Assembly: GCA_963743745.1 (NCBI GenBank)
Contig: CAVUQW010000001.1
Span: 112,827-176,826 of the forward strand
DNA length: 64,000 nt
Reading direction: 5' to 3'
Source of the DNA: an uncultured Solirubrobacteraceae bacterium
GTDB lineage: Bacteria > Actinomycetota > Thermoleophilia > Solirubrobacterales > Solirubrobacteraceae
In this document: positions 10,490-21,244 of the stretch, one piece after another
Numbering within the stretch: the stretch's first letter is position 1
Layout of the letters: every line of letters begins with the position of its first letter
Notes under the pieces: generated by a model
What the model was told of the DNA's origin: nothing
What the model saw: the letters and a program-made list of their open reading frames with translations, nothing else
The model's database searches: none
Translations under genes and position numbers: made by a program

Positions 10490-11520
10490 TGGACTTCGGA
10501 CTCACCGACGACCAGCGCGAGATCCAGCGCACCGCGCGCGACCTGCTCGGCGAACGCGCGACGCCGGCGCGCGTGCGCGAGCACGCCGAGGCGCGCACGC
10601 CCGACACGGCGCTGTGGAAGGAGCTGTCCGAGCTCGGCTGGCCGGGCATCGCCATCGCCGAGGAGCACGGCGGCCAGGGCCTCGGCCAGGTCGAGCTGTC
10701 GATCCTCTGCGAGGAGCTCGGCCGCGCGCTCGCGCCGGTGCCGTTCCTCGCCGAGCGCGCTGGCGGCGACGGTGATCGAGCACGCCGGCTCGCGCGAGCA
10801 GCGCGAGCGCTGGCTGCCCGGCCTCGCGTCCGGCGAGACCGTCGGCGCGCTCGGCGCGGCCGTCGACGGCGTCGGCCGAGCTCGTGATCGGCGCCCCCGA
10901 CGCGCAGGTGATCGTGCTCGTCGAGGACGACGGCAGCGCGCGCGCGATCGCCGCCGACGACGCCGAGGTCGACGCCGCTCGAGTCGATCGACCCGACGCG
11001 CTCGGCCGCGCGCGTGAGCGGCCGGCGGCGCCGGCGAGGCGCTGCCGCGACGGCTGCGCCGGCCTCGACCGCGCGCTGATCTGCCGTCAGCTCCGAGCTC
11101 GTCGGCGTGTGCGAGCGCGCGCTCGAGATGACCGTCGAGTACGTCAAGGAGCGCAAGCAGTTCGGCGTGCCCGGTCGGCGCCTACCAGGCCGTCTCGCAC
11201 CGCTGCGCGCAGATGCTGCTCGACACCGAGAAGGCGCGCTCGACGGCCGCCTTCGCCGCGTGGACGGCCGACGCCGACCCCGAGCGCCTCGCCGAGGCCG
11301 CCGCGATGGCCAAGGCCGCCGCCTCCGACGCCGGGCGCGAGGTCACGGCCGCCGCGATCCAGATGCACGGCGGCATCGGCTTCACGTGGGAGGCCGACGT
11401 GCACTGGCTGTTCAAGCGCGCGCAGGTCGACGCCGCGCTGCTCGGCGGCGCCAAGCGCCACCGCGCGCAGATCGCCGCGATCCTGGCCGACAAGGCTCGG
11501 CGCCGCTGGCCTCCGCCGCC
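10489..11520 (+). CDS. Acyl-CoA dehydrogenase, second subunit (several indels; end approximate)
   Basis: MDFGLTDDQREI start overlaps the upstream stop (TGATG); R.QFG, IQMHGGIGFTWE..VH..FKRA are spread over different frames. Confidence 0.8.
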
Positions 11521-11529
11521 GCGCCTGGA

Positions 11530-12045
11530 GCCGGCTGCGCGAGCGCCGCGAGGCGATCGTGCGCGAGCACATGGCCTCGGAGAACGTGCACGACTTCGAC
11601 ACGACGATCGGCACGTTCGCGCACCCGCGCTACGAGCTGATCGCGACCGGCGAGGTCTACGACGGCGAGGACGCCGTGCGCGGCTACTACGCCGAGAGCC
11701 GCACCGCCTTCCCCGACCAGCGCAACGAGGTGCTCGAGCTGCACCACGCCGACGACACGGTCGTCGTCGAGTTCCTGCTGCTCGGCACGCACCTCGGCCC
11801 GCTGCGCGCGCTGCCCCCCACCGGGCGCTCCTTCACGCTGCCGCATGACCGCGCTGTTCGTGTTCGACGGCGACCGGCTCGTCGACGAGCGCGTGTACTT
11901 CGACCAGAAGACGATCCTGCGCCAGCTCGGGCTCGCGCACGATCCGACGCTCGCTGGCCGGACGGCTCGCGCTGGTGCTCAACCACCCGCTGACGATCGG
12001 CCGCGCGATCCTCGGCGCGCGCCGCGCCGCGCGCAGAAGGCGTAG
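11530..12045 (+). CDS. SnoaL-like ester cyclase (indels; boundaries approximate)
   Basis: EHMASEN.HDFD, AFPDQRNE, GTHLG, PPTGR.F, ERVYFD. Confidence 0.7.
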
Positions 12046-12103
12046 CCTGGAGCAGGCGCGCGAGAGCTGTCGAGCGCGCGGACAACTGCGAAAGGAGCGG
12101 GCG

Positions 12104-12935
12104 ATGTCTGAGGTGCTGCTGAAAGAGGTGCACGACGACGGCGTGGCGGTGCTGACGCTGAACCGGCCCGACCGGCTGAACGCGTGGACGCGGCGAGCTC
12201 GAGCAGCAGTACTTCGGCGCGCTGCGAGAGTGCGCAGCCTCCGAGCAGGTGCGCGTGATCGTCGTGACCGGCGCCGGGCGCGGCTTCTGCGCGGGCGCCG
12301 ACATGCAGTCGCTGCAGCAGATCGAGGCGGCGGTCGCGGGCGCGGAGAGCACGAACGGCTCCGTCCCGGCCGGCGGAGGACGTCGAGGCAGCCGCGCGAA
12401 CAGACCCCGCAGACGTTCACGCTCAGCGTGCCGAAGCCGGTGATCGCAGCGATCAACGGACCGTGCGCGGGCATCGGCCTGGTGCTCGCGCTGATGTGCG
12501 ACGTGCGCTTCGTCGCGGAGGACGCGAAGCTGACGACGGCCTTCGCGCGGCGCGGGCTCGTCGCCGAGCACGGCATCTCCTGGATCCTGCCCCGCCTCGT
12601 CGGTCCCGCACGGGCGCTCGACCTGCTGCTCTCGGCACGCGTGGTGCTGGGACGCGAGGCGGTCGAGCTGGGACTGTGCAACCACGTGACCCCAGCGGAG
12701 ACCGTGCTGGAGGAGACGCTCGCGTACGCGCACGAGCTCGCGACTCAGTGCTCGCCGGCGAGCATGGCGGCGATGAAGCGTCAGGTCTACGCGGCGCTCG
12801 CGGAACCGATCGCAGAGGCAACTGGCCGAGGCGGACCGCCTGATGCTCGCCTCGTTCGCCAAGCCGGACTTCGCGGAGGGTGTCGCGAGCTTCTTGGAGC
12901 GGCGCGAGCCGAACTTCGCGCCGTTTGCAGGCTGA
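12104..12935 (+). CDS. Enoyl-CoA hydratase/crotonase family (indels)
   Basis: LTLNRPDRLNA, GRGFCAGAD, PKPVIAAING.CAG.G, DF.EGV.SFLERR.P.F across frames. Confidence 0.85.
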
Positions 12936-12950
12936 CGACGGGCTTTTATC

Positions 12951-12983
12951 GGGTGGGCGCCCGGCATCAGCGGACGCCCACCC
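12951..12983. terminator. Stem-loop between convergent genes
   Basis: GGGTGGGCG...CGCCCACCC inverted repeat. Confidence 0.5.
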
Positions 12984-13013
12984 TCGACTTCGCAGGTGCG
13001 ACTGCTCAGGCCG

Positions 13014-14657
13014 TTATTCGTTGGCGGTCGTGAGCAGTTCCAGTTTCAGCTTTTCAAGCGCCCCTTCAGGGCCTTTTTCGACGCTCTTCAGCGGCTGGAA
13101 GAGCATCCTGACGGTGTGTTCTTCCCATTTGCCTTCCCCAAATTTTTCCTCTTTTTCGCAGTTGGCTTTCGTCGCATAGAACCGCGGGCCTACGCGCGTT
13201 TCTTTCAGTTCGATGCATTCCGCTTTGCCCGCGACGTCCATCCCTTCCATCCGGGCTTCCCCGCTGGGTTCGATGATCGTGAGCTCCGGGCCACCGCTAT
13301 CGCCGCTTTTGTTTTCCAAGGTTTCTTTTTTGGTTTCGACGACTTCTACGAGACCCTGGAAGAATCTTGTTTCTTTTGCGATTTCGTAGGAGGTTTTCAC
13401 GTTGAGGGCTTTGATTTCACCGCAGGATTCGCCAGAGGTCTGGCCCACGTGGCAACTCGTTGCGCCGGCTACAGGGGTCTTTTCGTTTACCACGGGGTAT
13501 GACGTTTCTTCTTTTTTTTCGTTCATTTTTTTCCACTCGGCCGTGACGGCGAACACCGGGTGTTCCGGTTTACCGGTCTGCCAGGCCGCTTCGATCGAGA
13601 CTTCGGCATAGTCACCGCCCGCTGTCGCTTCGGTTTTGCCGCCGTGAGAGAATAACCCCACGAGTCCGACTTTTTTTTCTTCTGCTCCGGCCTTGTTCCT
13701 GGACCACTGCCCTTCTTTTTCAGCGCCTACGCAGTGACCGGCGGTGAGCATCACCCGTTCTTTGCCCTTGAGCGCGAGCGGTCCTACGGTGCAAGTGCCG
13801 GCTATCCGCCTCCATTTGCCTTTCGTGCCGGCGATGGTCCTGTTTTCGCATTCTGCTTTGGTTAAGAAACCGCCGGCGAATTCGGCGGCTTCTTCTACGC
13901 ATTCGGCACCCCGGATGCTGACCCCCGCCGTGATCGAAGGGTTGCAATAGGCTTCCGACGTTTTCCACGTTTTGCATTCGGTTTTGGCCAACGGCTCGAA
14001 GCCGCCCTGACCGGCCGTGACATTCACCACGACGTTCACGTCGGCCGCGGCGGCTTCGCGCTTCAGGCTTGCGAGCTTCGCCGGGGACACCGACGAGTTC
14101 AAGGTCACGACCACCGCGTTGCGCTGCGGTTCGATCCCCGTCGAGACTCCGGCACCCGCGGACAGGTTTGCGAGCTTGCGATTCCACTCCTCCTGGGCGG
14201 CGAGCAGCTCCGCCACGGTGGAGCGAACGGGCGTGGCGACCACATCGGCCGCAAGCCCCTCTTGGGTGATCGTGTCTTCGGCCGCCCGCCGCCCGGTCGG
14301 CGAGGTCACGCCGACGTGCAGTTGCGCGGTCGTGGCGTCGAACCACACCCCGCCGAATGCGCCGGCCATGCTGGCTTCCAGCTTGCGCACGACGTCGGCC
14401 TTCGTAACTTCGCTCTGAACAGCCAGGGCCTGCCGAGCACGCGCATCGGAAATCCCTTTGCTCGTGAACACAGCCACCTCCCTGTCGTACGGCGTGCCAC
14501 CAGATGCAAGCGATGCCTGCAACGGACTGAGAGATGGTCCAGGCAGCGGCGCCGCGACGCCCCCTTCACGGGCTGCCGCCACGGCTGTGGACGAAGCCAA
14601 TACGGTGAACGCGAGCGCCGTTGACAAACACAGCGCAGCACGCTTCATGCTGAGCAT
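13014..14657 (-). CDS. Secreted S1 serine protease (alpha-lytic protease/streptogrisin-like, with pro-region)
   Basis: Signal peptide, pro-region (FGGVWFD), TAGHC, GDYA, C..G.TSG..CG.I, GDSGGP; AGGAGG RBS. Confidence 0.85.
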   Translation of the reverse strand: MLSMKRAALCLSTALAFTVLASSTAVAAAREGGVAAPLPGPSLSPLQASLASGGTPYDREVAVFTSKGISDARARQALAVQSEVTKADVVRKLEASMAGAFGGVWFDATTAQLHVGVTSPTGRRAAEDTITQEGLAADVVATPVRSTVAELLAAQEEWNRKLANLSAGAGVSTGIEPQRNAVVVTLNSSVSPAKLASLKREAAAADVNVVVNVTAGQGGFEPLAKTECKTWKTSEAYCNPSITAGVSIRGAECVEEAAEFAGGFLTKAECENRTIAGTKGKWRRIAGTCTVGPLALKGKERVMLTAGHCVGAEKEGQWSRNKAGAEEKKVGLVGLFSHGGKTEATAGGDYAEVSIEAAWQTGKPEHPVFAVTAEWKKMNEKKEETSYPVVNEKTPVAGATSCHVGQTSGESCGEIKALNVKTSYEIAKETRFFQGLVEVVETKKETLENKSGDSGGPELTIIEPSGEARMEGMDVAGKAECIELKETRVGPRFYATKANCEKEEKFGEGKWEEHTVRMLFQPLKSVEKGPEGALEKLKLELLTTANE

Positions 14658-14918
14658 GTTGACCTCCTATTCGGCCTGCGCGGGGGTGCGTCGTCGGGCA
14701 AGCGAACGGACGCTCCCAGAGGCGCAGGCGCCTTTTCTCTGGCCTCCTTGTTCGTGACCCCCGACATAGAGACCGAGGCTTCGTGCGTATGATGGCCGCT
14801 CTCGGCCCCTCGCTTGTAGGGCCCTAAGGGCACCGCGCGGACTTGGCCAGATTCACGGGCTCGCCCAGGCGGAAGATGTTCCTGACTGTGAGCTGCAGGC
14901 CGAGCTGACAGGCTGAAT

Positions 14919-15668
14919 TCAGCCAGGCACTCCGGAGCTCAGCGCGAGGCGCACGCCGCCGACCTCTACGCCCTCGCCGGTAAGCCCAGGCACGCCGGCG
15001 AAGGCGATCTCGACCAGTCCTTCGCGTCCCCCCTCTCCAACCGGGCGAAAGCGCACCTCGGCATCCTCAAGCACGAGCACCGCGTTGCCGCCCACTGCCC
15101 CATCCCCGCTCAGCGGCACCCCGAGCACGTGTGACCAGCGCGCTGCGACGGTGGCGGGCTCGGAGACGGCAAGCGTGACGCCGGCGAGTCGACCAGCGGC
15201 GCCCTCCCCGCTCTTGCCGGTCCACTCCGGGCCTCCCCAGCGCCAGCTGCCGTAAGGCATTGAACCGTCGATCGAGACGATCGCGGCGCCGATGTCGGCC
15301 GGGTGCAGGTGCGTGCCCGAGATGTCCGGCAGGTCGATCTCCCAGACCGTGCGCACGCCGCCCTCGGCTGCACGTGTCCGCGCGGCCGGAAGGTCCTCCA
15401 GGTCGAACATGACCATGTAGCCGCAGTCGCCGCCGTGGCGCTCGAGGTAGCGCCCTGCCGCCGTATCCGGCTGCGTCGGCGAGACGATCTCCAGGAAGCA
15501 GTCGCCGAGCGCGAAGACCGTGTTCTGCAGGCCGAACAGGCCGACACCGGGGTCGCGGAACGGCTCGCCCAGGCCGAGTGTCGAGCGCAGCGCCTCCGCC
15601 ACCGGCTCGAGCTCGGTCGCGGCCAGCACCGCCTGGCGCAACCGGACGCGGGGTCGATCTCCGGACAT
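14919..15668 (-). CDS. VOC/glyoxalase-like family protein
   Basis: RLRQAVL, DPGVG.FGL.N, FLEIVSP, GGD.GYMV, HLHP. Confidence 0.75.
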   Translation of the reverse strand: MSGDRPRVRLRQAVLAATELEPVAEALRSTLGLGEPFRDPGVGLFGLQNTVFALGDCFLEIVSPTQPDTAAGRYLERHGGDCGYMVMFDLEDLPAARTRAAEGGVRTVWEIDLPDISGTHLHPADIGAAIVSIDGSMPYGSWRWGGPEWTGKSGEGAAGRLAGVTLAVSEPATVAARWSHVLGVPLSGDGAVGGNAVLVLEDAEVRFRPVGEGGREGLVEIAFAGVPGLTGEGVEVGGVRLALSSGVPG

Positions 15669-15697
15669 ACGCGGCGCTGTCCAGCGACTCCGCCGAA

Positions 15698-16927
15698 TTA
15701 CCCGGCGAGCCGCACCGGCAGCGTCTTCATCTGATTGAGGAAGCCGGATTCGACGTAGCTCGGCTCGCCGTCCATGCGGATCTCCGGGAAACGCCTGAGC
15801 GTCTCCTCGAACATGATCTTCAACTCCAGACGCGCGAGCGCCGTGCCGAGGCAGAAGTGCCGCCCACCCGCGCCGAAGGCCTGGTGCTCGGGGTTTCGTT
15901 CGACGTCGAAGTGATCCGGGTCCTCGTAGCGCGTCTCGTCGCGGTTGGACGAGACGTACCACATGACCACCTTCTCGCCTTTCTTGATCTGCGTGCCGTG
16001 CAGCTCCACGTCGCGCGTCGCCGTGCGGCGGAAGTGCGCGAACGCCGGGAACATGCGCAGCGCCTCCTCGACCGCGCCCGGGATCAGCGACGGGTCGTCG
16101 AGCAGCTTCTGCATCTGCTCGCGGTCTTCCATCAGCGCGCGCATGCCGCTCGAGTACGTCGCCTTCGTGCTGTCGTTGCCCGCCGCCACGAGCAGGAAGA
16201 AGCCCATCACGATCTCGTGCTGCTCGAGCTTCTCGCCGTCGACCTCCGCGTTGACGAGCACCGTCGTCAGGTCGTCCGTCGGGTTCTCTTCGCGTTCCGC
16301 GATCATCCGGTTGCAGCGCTCGAAGATCTCCGGGATGTCTTTCTCGAGCACGCCCGGGATGCCCTCCGGGTTGAGGTCTTTGTCATCGCCCGCCAGCGCC
16401 GAGTTCATCAGCCGCGCCCACGCCGCGTCGTCCTGCGGCGGGATGCCCATGAAGCTGCCGATCACGCGCGAGACAGCCGGCTGGGCCACGTCGCCGACCA
16501 GGTCGCACGTCTGCCGACCCTCCAGGCGATCGAGCACCTCGTTGACGATCTCGCGGATCTCCTGCTCGTGCGCCGCGATCCGCTTCGGCGTGAAGCCCGC
16601 CTGGAACAGCGCCTTCAGGCGGTCGTGCTTGGGCGGGTCCATGCCGATGAACATCGCCTGCGTCAGCTCCAGCGGGAACACGTCCGAGACCGCCGTCACG
16701 CCCGTGCCCGACGAGTACGTCTGCCAGTCGCGCGAGACCGTGTGGATGTCCTCGGCCGTCGTGACCGACCAGAAGCCGCGCTCCTGTGGATACTCCGTGA
16801 CACCAGCCGTCCAGTGCACCGGGCACTCGCCGCGCATCTGCTTGAAGACCTCGTGCGGCGGGCCGTCCTTCCACAGCGCCCGCTCTGCCATCAGCGTGTG
16901 CTCGAGATCGCTGTCAACCGACGCCAT
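15698..16927 (-). CDS. Cytochrome P450 (CYP124/125-like)
   Basis: MDPPKH, AGNDST I-helix, EEALR, FGAGGRHFCLG heme motif. Confidence 0.92.
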   Translation of the reverse strand: MASVDSDLEHTLMAERALWKDGPPHEVFKQMRGECPVHWTAGVTEYPQERGFWSVTTAEDIHTVSRDWQTYSSGTGVTAVSDVFPLELTQAMFIGMDPPKHDRLKALFQAGFTPKRIAAHEQEIREIVNEVLDRLEGRQTCDLVGDVAQPAVSRVIGSFMGIPPQDDAAWARLMNSALAGDDKDLNPEGIPGVLEKDIPEIFERCNRMIAEREENPTDDLTTVLVNAEVDGEKLEQHEIVMGFFLLVAAGNDSTKATYSSGMRALMEDREQMQKLLDDPSLIPGAVEEALRMFPAFAHFRRTATRDVELHGTQIKKGEKVVMWYVSSNRDETRYEDPDHFDVERNPEHQAFGAGGRHFCLGTALARLELKIMFEETLRRFPEIRMDGEPSYVESGFLNQMKTLPVRLAG

Positions 16928-17046
16928 CTGGTCTCCCCTCGTCGTGGCCGATCGCTGCCGCGATCATACTGGCCGAGCGGCCAGGGCGTGCGGCCTTGCT
17001 CGGCAACGCGGGCGACCTCGCTCGGCCACGGAGCCGCCGCTTCGAT

Positions 17047-17690
17047 CTACAGCTGATCGGCGTAGAAACCCAGCCGCGCGAGCGGCTCGACGAGCTCGTG
17101 CTCCTCGTAGGAGAGGTGCGAGAGGAGCGCGTCCGTGAGGAAGTCCAGCGCCCGCTGCAGCGGCTCGAAGTCCTCGCGGTTGTTGATGTGCTGCACGAGC
17201 GCCCGTCGACCTGCTCGATCGCATCGTGGATCGCGAGGTGCTCCTCGCCGAGGCGGTCGATCACCGGCGCCAGGCTCGGATCGCTCTGGGCGAGGTGCGG
17301 GAACACGGCGTCGTCCTCGAGCCCGTGGTGCTGGGCCACCGCGCGGCAGTAGCGCGCGCAGAACGCGCCCAGCGTCCAGTCGTTCTGGCGCATCGCCATC
17401 TCGTTCAGCGCCGAGCGCGCCTCGCCCGCGCTGATCGCGCCTTCGCGCACCTGCTCGAGCAGCTTGCGCAGCTCATCCAGCTCGCGCCGCAGCATGTCGT
17501 GCACGTCGATCAGGTGCTGTCCCGTGTGGCGGCCGCGGTCGCTGTAGACGGTGTCCTCGCTCGACGGCGCGCGGTGCGGGCGCGTCGCCTCGTCCCACGC
17601 CGCCTGCTCGCTCAGGCGCGTGCCGTCGTCCGGCGTCGGCGTAACGCCCAGGCGCTCGTACTCCGAATCTCGCTGCTCCGGCGCCGACAT
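17047..17690 (-). CDS. Hemerythrin-domain protein (indel near 17205)
   Basis: HDMLR, HH.LED..FP, EEH..IH; SHLSYEE in a shifted frame. Confidence 0.8.
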
Positions 17691-17760
17691 CGGCCCACCG
17701 TAGCGGCCTCCCTGGCGGCCGGCCCTCCCGCCTTCCTATATTGAGCGCGGTGCTGTCCTC

Positions 17761-18756
17761 GTGAACAAACGCCGCCTCGGCTCGAGCGGTCCCGAGGTCT
17801 CCGAGCTCGGCCTCGGCTGCATGGGCATGTCCGGCTCCTACGGCCCTTCGGATCGCGCCGAGGGCATCGCGACGATCCACGCCGCGCTCGACGCCGGCAT
17901 CGACTTGATCGACACGGGCGACTTCTACGGCATGGGCCACAACGAGATGCTGATCGGCGAAGCCATCCGCGGCCGCCGGCGCGAGAGCTTGCAGCTGAGC
18001 GTCAAGTTCGGCGGGCAGCGCGGCCCCGAAGGAGCGATCCTCGGCTACGACGCGAGCCCGGCCGCGACGAAGACTGCGCTCGCCTACTCGCTCACGCGCC
18101 TCGGCGTCGACTACGTCGACGTCTACCGCCCGGCGCGCCTGGATCCGAACGTGCCGATCGAGGAGACCGTCGGCGCGATCGCCGAGATGGTCGAGGCCGG
18201 TTACGTGCGCCACATCGGCCTCTCCGAGGTCGGCGCCGAGACGATCCGGCGCGCGCAGGCGACGCATCCGATCTGCGACGTGCAGCTCGAGTACTCGCTG
18301 ATCTCGCGCGGCATCGAGCGCGAGATCCTGCCCGCCTGCCGCGAGCTCGGCATCGCGATCACCGCCTACGGCGTGCTCAGCCGTGGCCTGATCAGCGGGC
18401 ACTTCGACGCCCAGCGCGAGCTCGCCCCGGGCGACTTCCGCGCGCACGCGCCGCGCTTCAGCGGCGAGAACCGCCGGCACAACCTGTCGCTCGTCGACGC
18501 GTTGCGCGAGTTGGCCGACGCGAAGGGCGTGAGCGTCGCGCAGCTCGCGATCGCCTGGGCGCTCGCCCGCGGCGAGGAGATCGTCCCGCTGATCGGCGCG
18601 CGCACGCGCGAGCGCCTGCGCGAGGCGCTCGGCGCGCTCGACGTCGAGCTCGACGACGACGACATTGCCGCGCTGCAGGACGCGATCCCGCCCGACGCGG
18701 CGCGCGGCGAGCGCTATCCCGAGCACGGGATGGCCACGCTCGACAGCGAGCGCTGA
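17761..18756 (+). CDS. Aldo/keto reductase
   Basis: LGLGCMGMS, DTGDFYG, IGLSE, QLEYSL. Confidence 0.92.
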   Translation: MNKRRLGSSGPEVSELGLGCMGMSGSYGPSDRAEGIATIHAALDAGIDLIDTGDFYGMGHNEMLIGEAIRGRRRESLQLSVKFGGQRGPEGAILGYDASPAATKTALAYSLTRLGVDYVDVYRPARLDPNVPIEETVGAIAEMVEAGYVRHIGLSEVGAETIRRAQATHPICDVQLEYSLISRGIEREILPACRELGIAITAYGVLSRGLISGHFDAQRELAPGDFRAHAPRFSGENRRHNLSLVDALRELADAKGVSVAQLAIAWALARGEEIVPLIGARTRERLREALGALDVELDDDDIAALQDAIPPDAARGERYPEHGMATLDSER

Positions 18757-18814
18757 GACCGGCGGCCTGCGCGGCGCACGGCGCGATTCCGCCGACGCGC
18801 GCCGCCTGATCCGG

Positions 18815-19231
18815 CTACGAGCGGTTCTGCGTGATCCGGATGTAGTTGCCCGAGGGGTCGCGCAGCCCCGATTCCCAGCCGTACGGGCGCTCTTCGGGCG
18901 GCTGGGCGTATTCGACGCCACGCGCCGTCAGTTCGTCGTAGGTCGCCTGGCAGTCGTCGCTTTCGAGGAACACGGTCGTGCCGACGCCCTTGGCCATCAG
19001 CGCGCGCACGTCCTCGGCCGTCTCGGCGGCGACGAACGGCGGCTGCGGAACGGCCATCAGCGCGATCTCGATCTCGGGCTGTCCGACGGGGCCGACGGTC
19101 AGCCAGCGCATCCCGTCGCCGCCGGGCATGGCGGCGTCGACGCGCGTCTCCATGCCGAGCTTCTCGGTGTAGAAGGCGAGCGCCTCGTCCTGGTCGTTGA
19201 CGAGCACCTGCAGGGCGTTGACTCTGAGCAT
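18815..19231 (-). CDS. VOC family protein
   Basis: V.DQDEALAFYTEKLG, RWLTV, RDPSGN. Confidence 0.88.
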   Translation of the reverse strand: MLRVNALQVLVNDQDEALAFYTEKLGMETRVDAAMPGGDGMRWLTVGPVGQPEIEIALMAVPQPPFVAAETAEDVRALMAKGVGTTVFLESDDCQATYDELTARGVEYAQPPEERPYGWESGLRDPSGNYIRITQNRS

Positions 19232-19293
19232 CGCTGTCGGTCTCCTCGTTGTTCGCGGTCTTTGCAGTCGCGACGTGCGACCGTTCGCCGAGG

Positions 19294-19746
19294 CTAGTTC
19301 GCGAGCGCCGCGCTGTCTTCTCGAAACGTGCTGTGTTGGGGGCGGGCGTCGTGTTTGGGCCGCGCGTACATGCGCACGACGCAGGCCGGGATCGGCACCT
19401 GCTCGGCCGCCGGCGGGAAGCTCGCCCGGTAGGCGCTCGGCGTGACGCCGTACGCGCGCTTGAAGCTGGTCGTGAACGAGCCGACGCTGCGCAGCCCGAC
19501 GGAGAAGCAGATCTCGGCGACCGAGCGGTCGGTGTTGCGCAGCAGCGCGGCCGCGCGCTCGAGCCGGCGCGTCAGCAGGTAGGCGTGCGGCGACTCGCCG
19601 AACACGCGGCGGAACTCACGGCTGAAGTGGGCGCGCGAGAGGCCGGCCGCGTGCGCCATCTGCTCGACGCCGATCGGCTCGAAGTAGCGCACGTCGACGA
19701 GATCGCGGGCGCGCAGCAGGTGTCGCTCGGGCGGCGGGAAGGGCAT
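19294..19746 (-). CDS. AraC-family regulator (HTH only)
   Basis: SRAHFSREFRRVFGESP, VG..S.GSF..SFKR.YG.TP. Confidence 0.9.
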   Translation of the reverse strand: MPFPPPERHLLRARDLVDVRYFEPIGVEQMAHAAGLSRAHFSREFRRVFGESPHAYLLTRRLERAAALLRNTDRSVAEICFSVGLRSVGSFTTSFKRAYGVTPSAYRASFPPAAEQVPIPACVVRMYARPKHDARPQHSTFREDSAALAN

Positions 19747-19779
19747 TGGGCGCAGTATCGCGCGGCGGGGACGCCGCGC

Positions 19780-20074
19780 TCAGGCGCCGCCGCGCGGCGT
19801 GCTGCTGGCGCTCGACGCGCAGCTCGCCGACGGTCAGCCGCGCGACCTCGAGATCGCCGACTTTGAGCGATCCGATCTGGGCGCGTCCGATCGCGAGCCT
19901 GCCGACGGCGAGCCTGCCGATCGCAAGCGCGCCGATCGCGACGGCGCCCCCGGCGAACGCGCCGACGGCGATGGCGCCGACCGATCCGCTGCCGAGCGCA
20001 CCGGCGACGCGCACGCCGAAGCGCTCGGGGTGAAGCTTGCGGCGCTTCAGACGAGGACGGCGGCGCGGACTCAC
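19780..20074 (-). CDS. Small pentad-repeat hypothetical protein (end approximate)
   Basis: GALAI-GRLAV-GRLAI-GRAQI-GSLKV-GDLEV-ARLTV-GELRV periodicity; GTG overlaps the upstream stop. Confidence 0.6.
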
Positions 20075-21244
20075 GGCCTTGCGGCGACCGTCGCGGGGGC
20101 GGCCTCGCGCTGGTTCTCATACAGCGAGCGCCCGACGTAGAGCAGCATGTGGCGCAGGTGGGCCTGCAGCGTTTCCATCGTGTGCCCGCCGACGTAGACG
20201 GCGCTGTGCGCGTGCGCGCCGGCGTCGCGCAGCTGGGCGGCGAAGGGGGCGTTCTCGGAGGGGTCGGCGATCGGGTCGGAGGCGCCGCCGTAGAGGTAGG
20301 CGTGCAGGCCCTCGCGCGCGATCACGGGCCTGGCGGCCTGCAGCTCGTCTTCGAGCCCGTTGAAGAAGCCGAGCCAGCTCTCGACGATGGAGAAGCGCCG
20401 CGGGTTGCCGAGCGCGACGTTCATCGCGCCGTAGCCGCCCATCGAGTCGCCGGCGATGGCGCGCGCGGAGCGGCGCGGCCTGCGTGGGCAGCATGCGGTC
20501 GATCAGCTGCTGCACTTCGATCACGTAGCTCTCATAGCCGCGGCTGCCGTGGTCGCGCCAGTTGTTGGCGCCCTTGCCGCCCTGGATCATCACGGCGATC
20601 ATCGGCGGGACCTCGTGGGCGGCGATCAGGCGGTCGAGTTCGCCCTGCAGGCCGAGCTGCAGGAAGGCGGTGGCGCGCTGTTCGTTGCCGTGCAGCAGGT
20701 AGAGCACGGGGTAGCGCGCGCCGCTGTCGGCGAAGCCGGGCGGCAGGTAGACGTGGAAGGAGCCTTCGCCGCCGAGCGCGGCCGAGGCGTAGCTGGCGGT
20801 GTCGATCGAGCTGCCGGCGGCGTCGTGGCTGCCGGCGAGCAGCGTCGGCAGCGGTGCGGGCGCCGCTGCAACGCGCGTCGCACCGGCGCTCGCGGTGGCG
20901 GCGGGCGCGGACTGCTGGCCGGTGAAGACCCGCTCGAAGCCGCCGGGGCCGTGCAGCAACAGCAGCGCGCAGCAGGCGGCGATCAGCCCGCTGATCAGCG
21001 TGGCGAGGACGACCAGGCGCGGGTTGGCGCGCGGCTGCGGAGCGCCGACGCCCGGGCCCGATCGCCGGGCGAGCGCGCCGGATGCGCCCGAGGCGAGCGG
21101 CTCCAGGCGCGGCGGGAAGGCGGGCACCCACGACGGCGGCGAAGGCAGGGCTTCGACGGCTTCGGCGGCGCGTCCGGGCCAGCTCCAGTCGCCTGGAGTG
21201 TCCATCCACACCTGCGTGCGCGATTGCTTGACTGCGGCCGACAT
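20071..21244 (-). CDS. Membrane-anchored esterase (Fes/antigen-85-like alpha/beta hydrolase; indel near 20475)
   Basis: TM helix, VYLPPG, YPVLYLLHG, GDSMGG, GGH. Confidence 0.82.
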
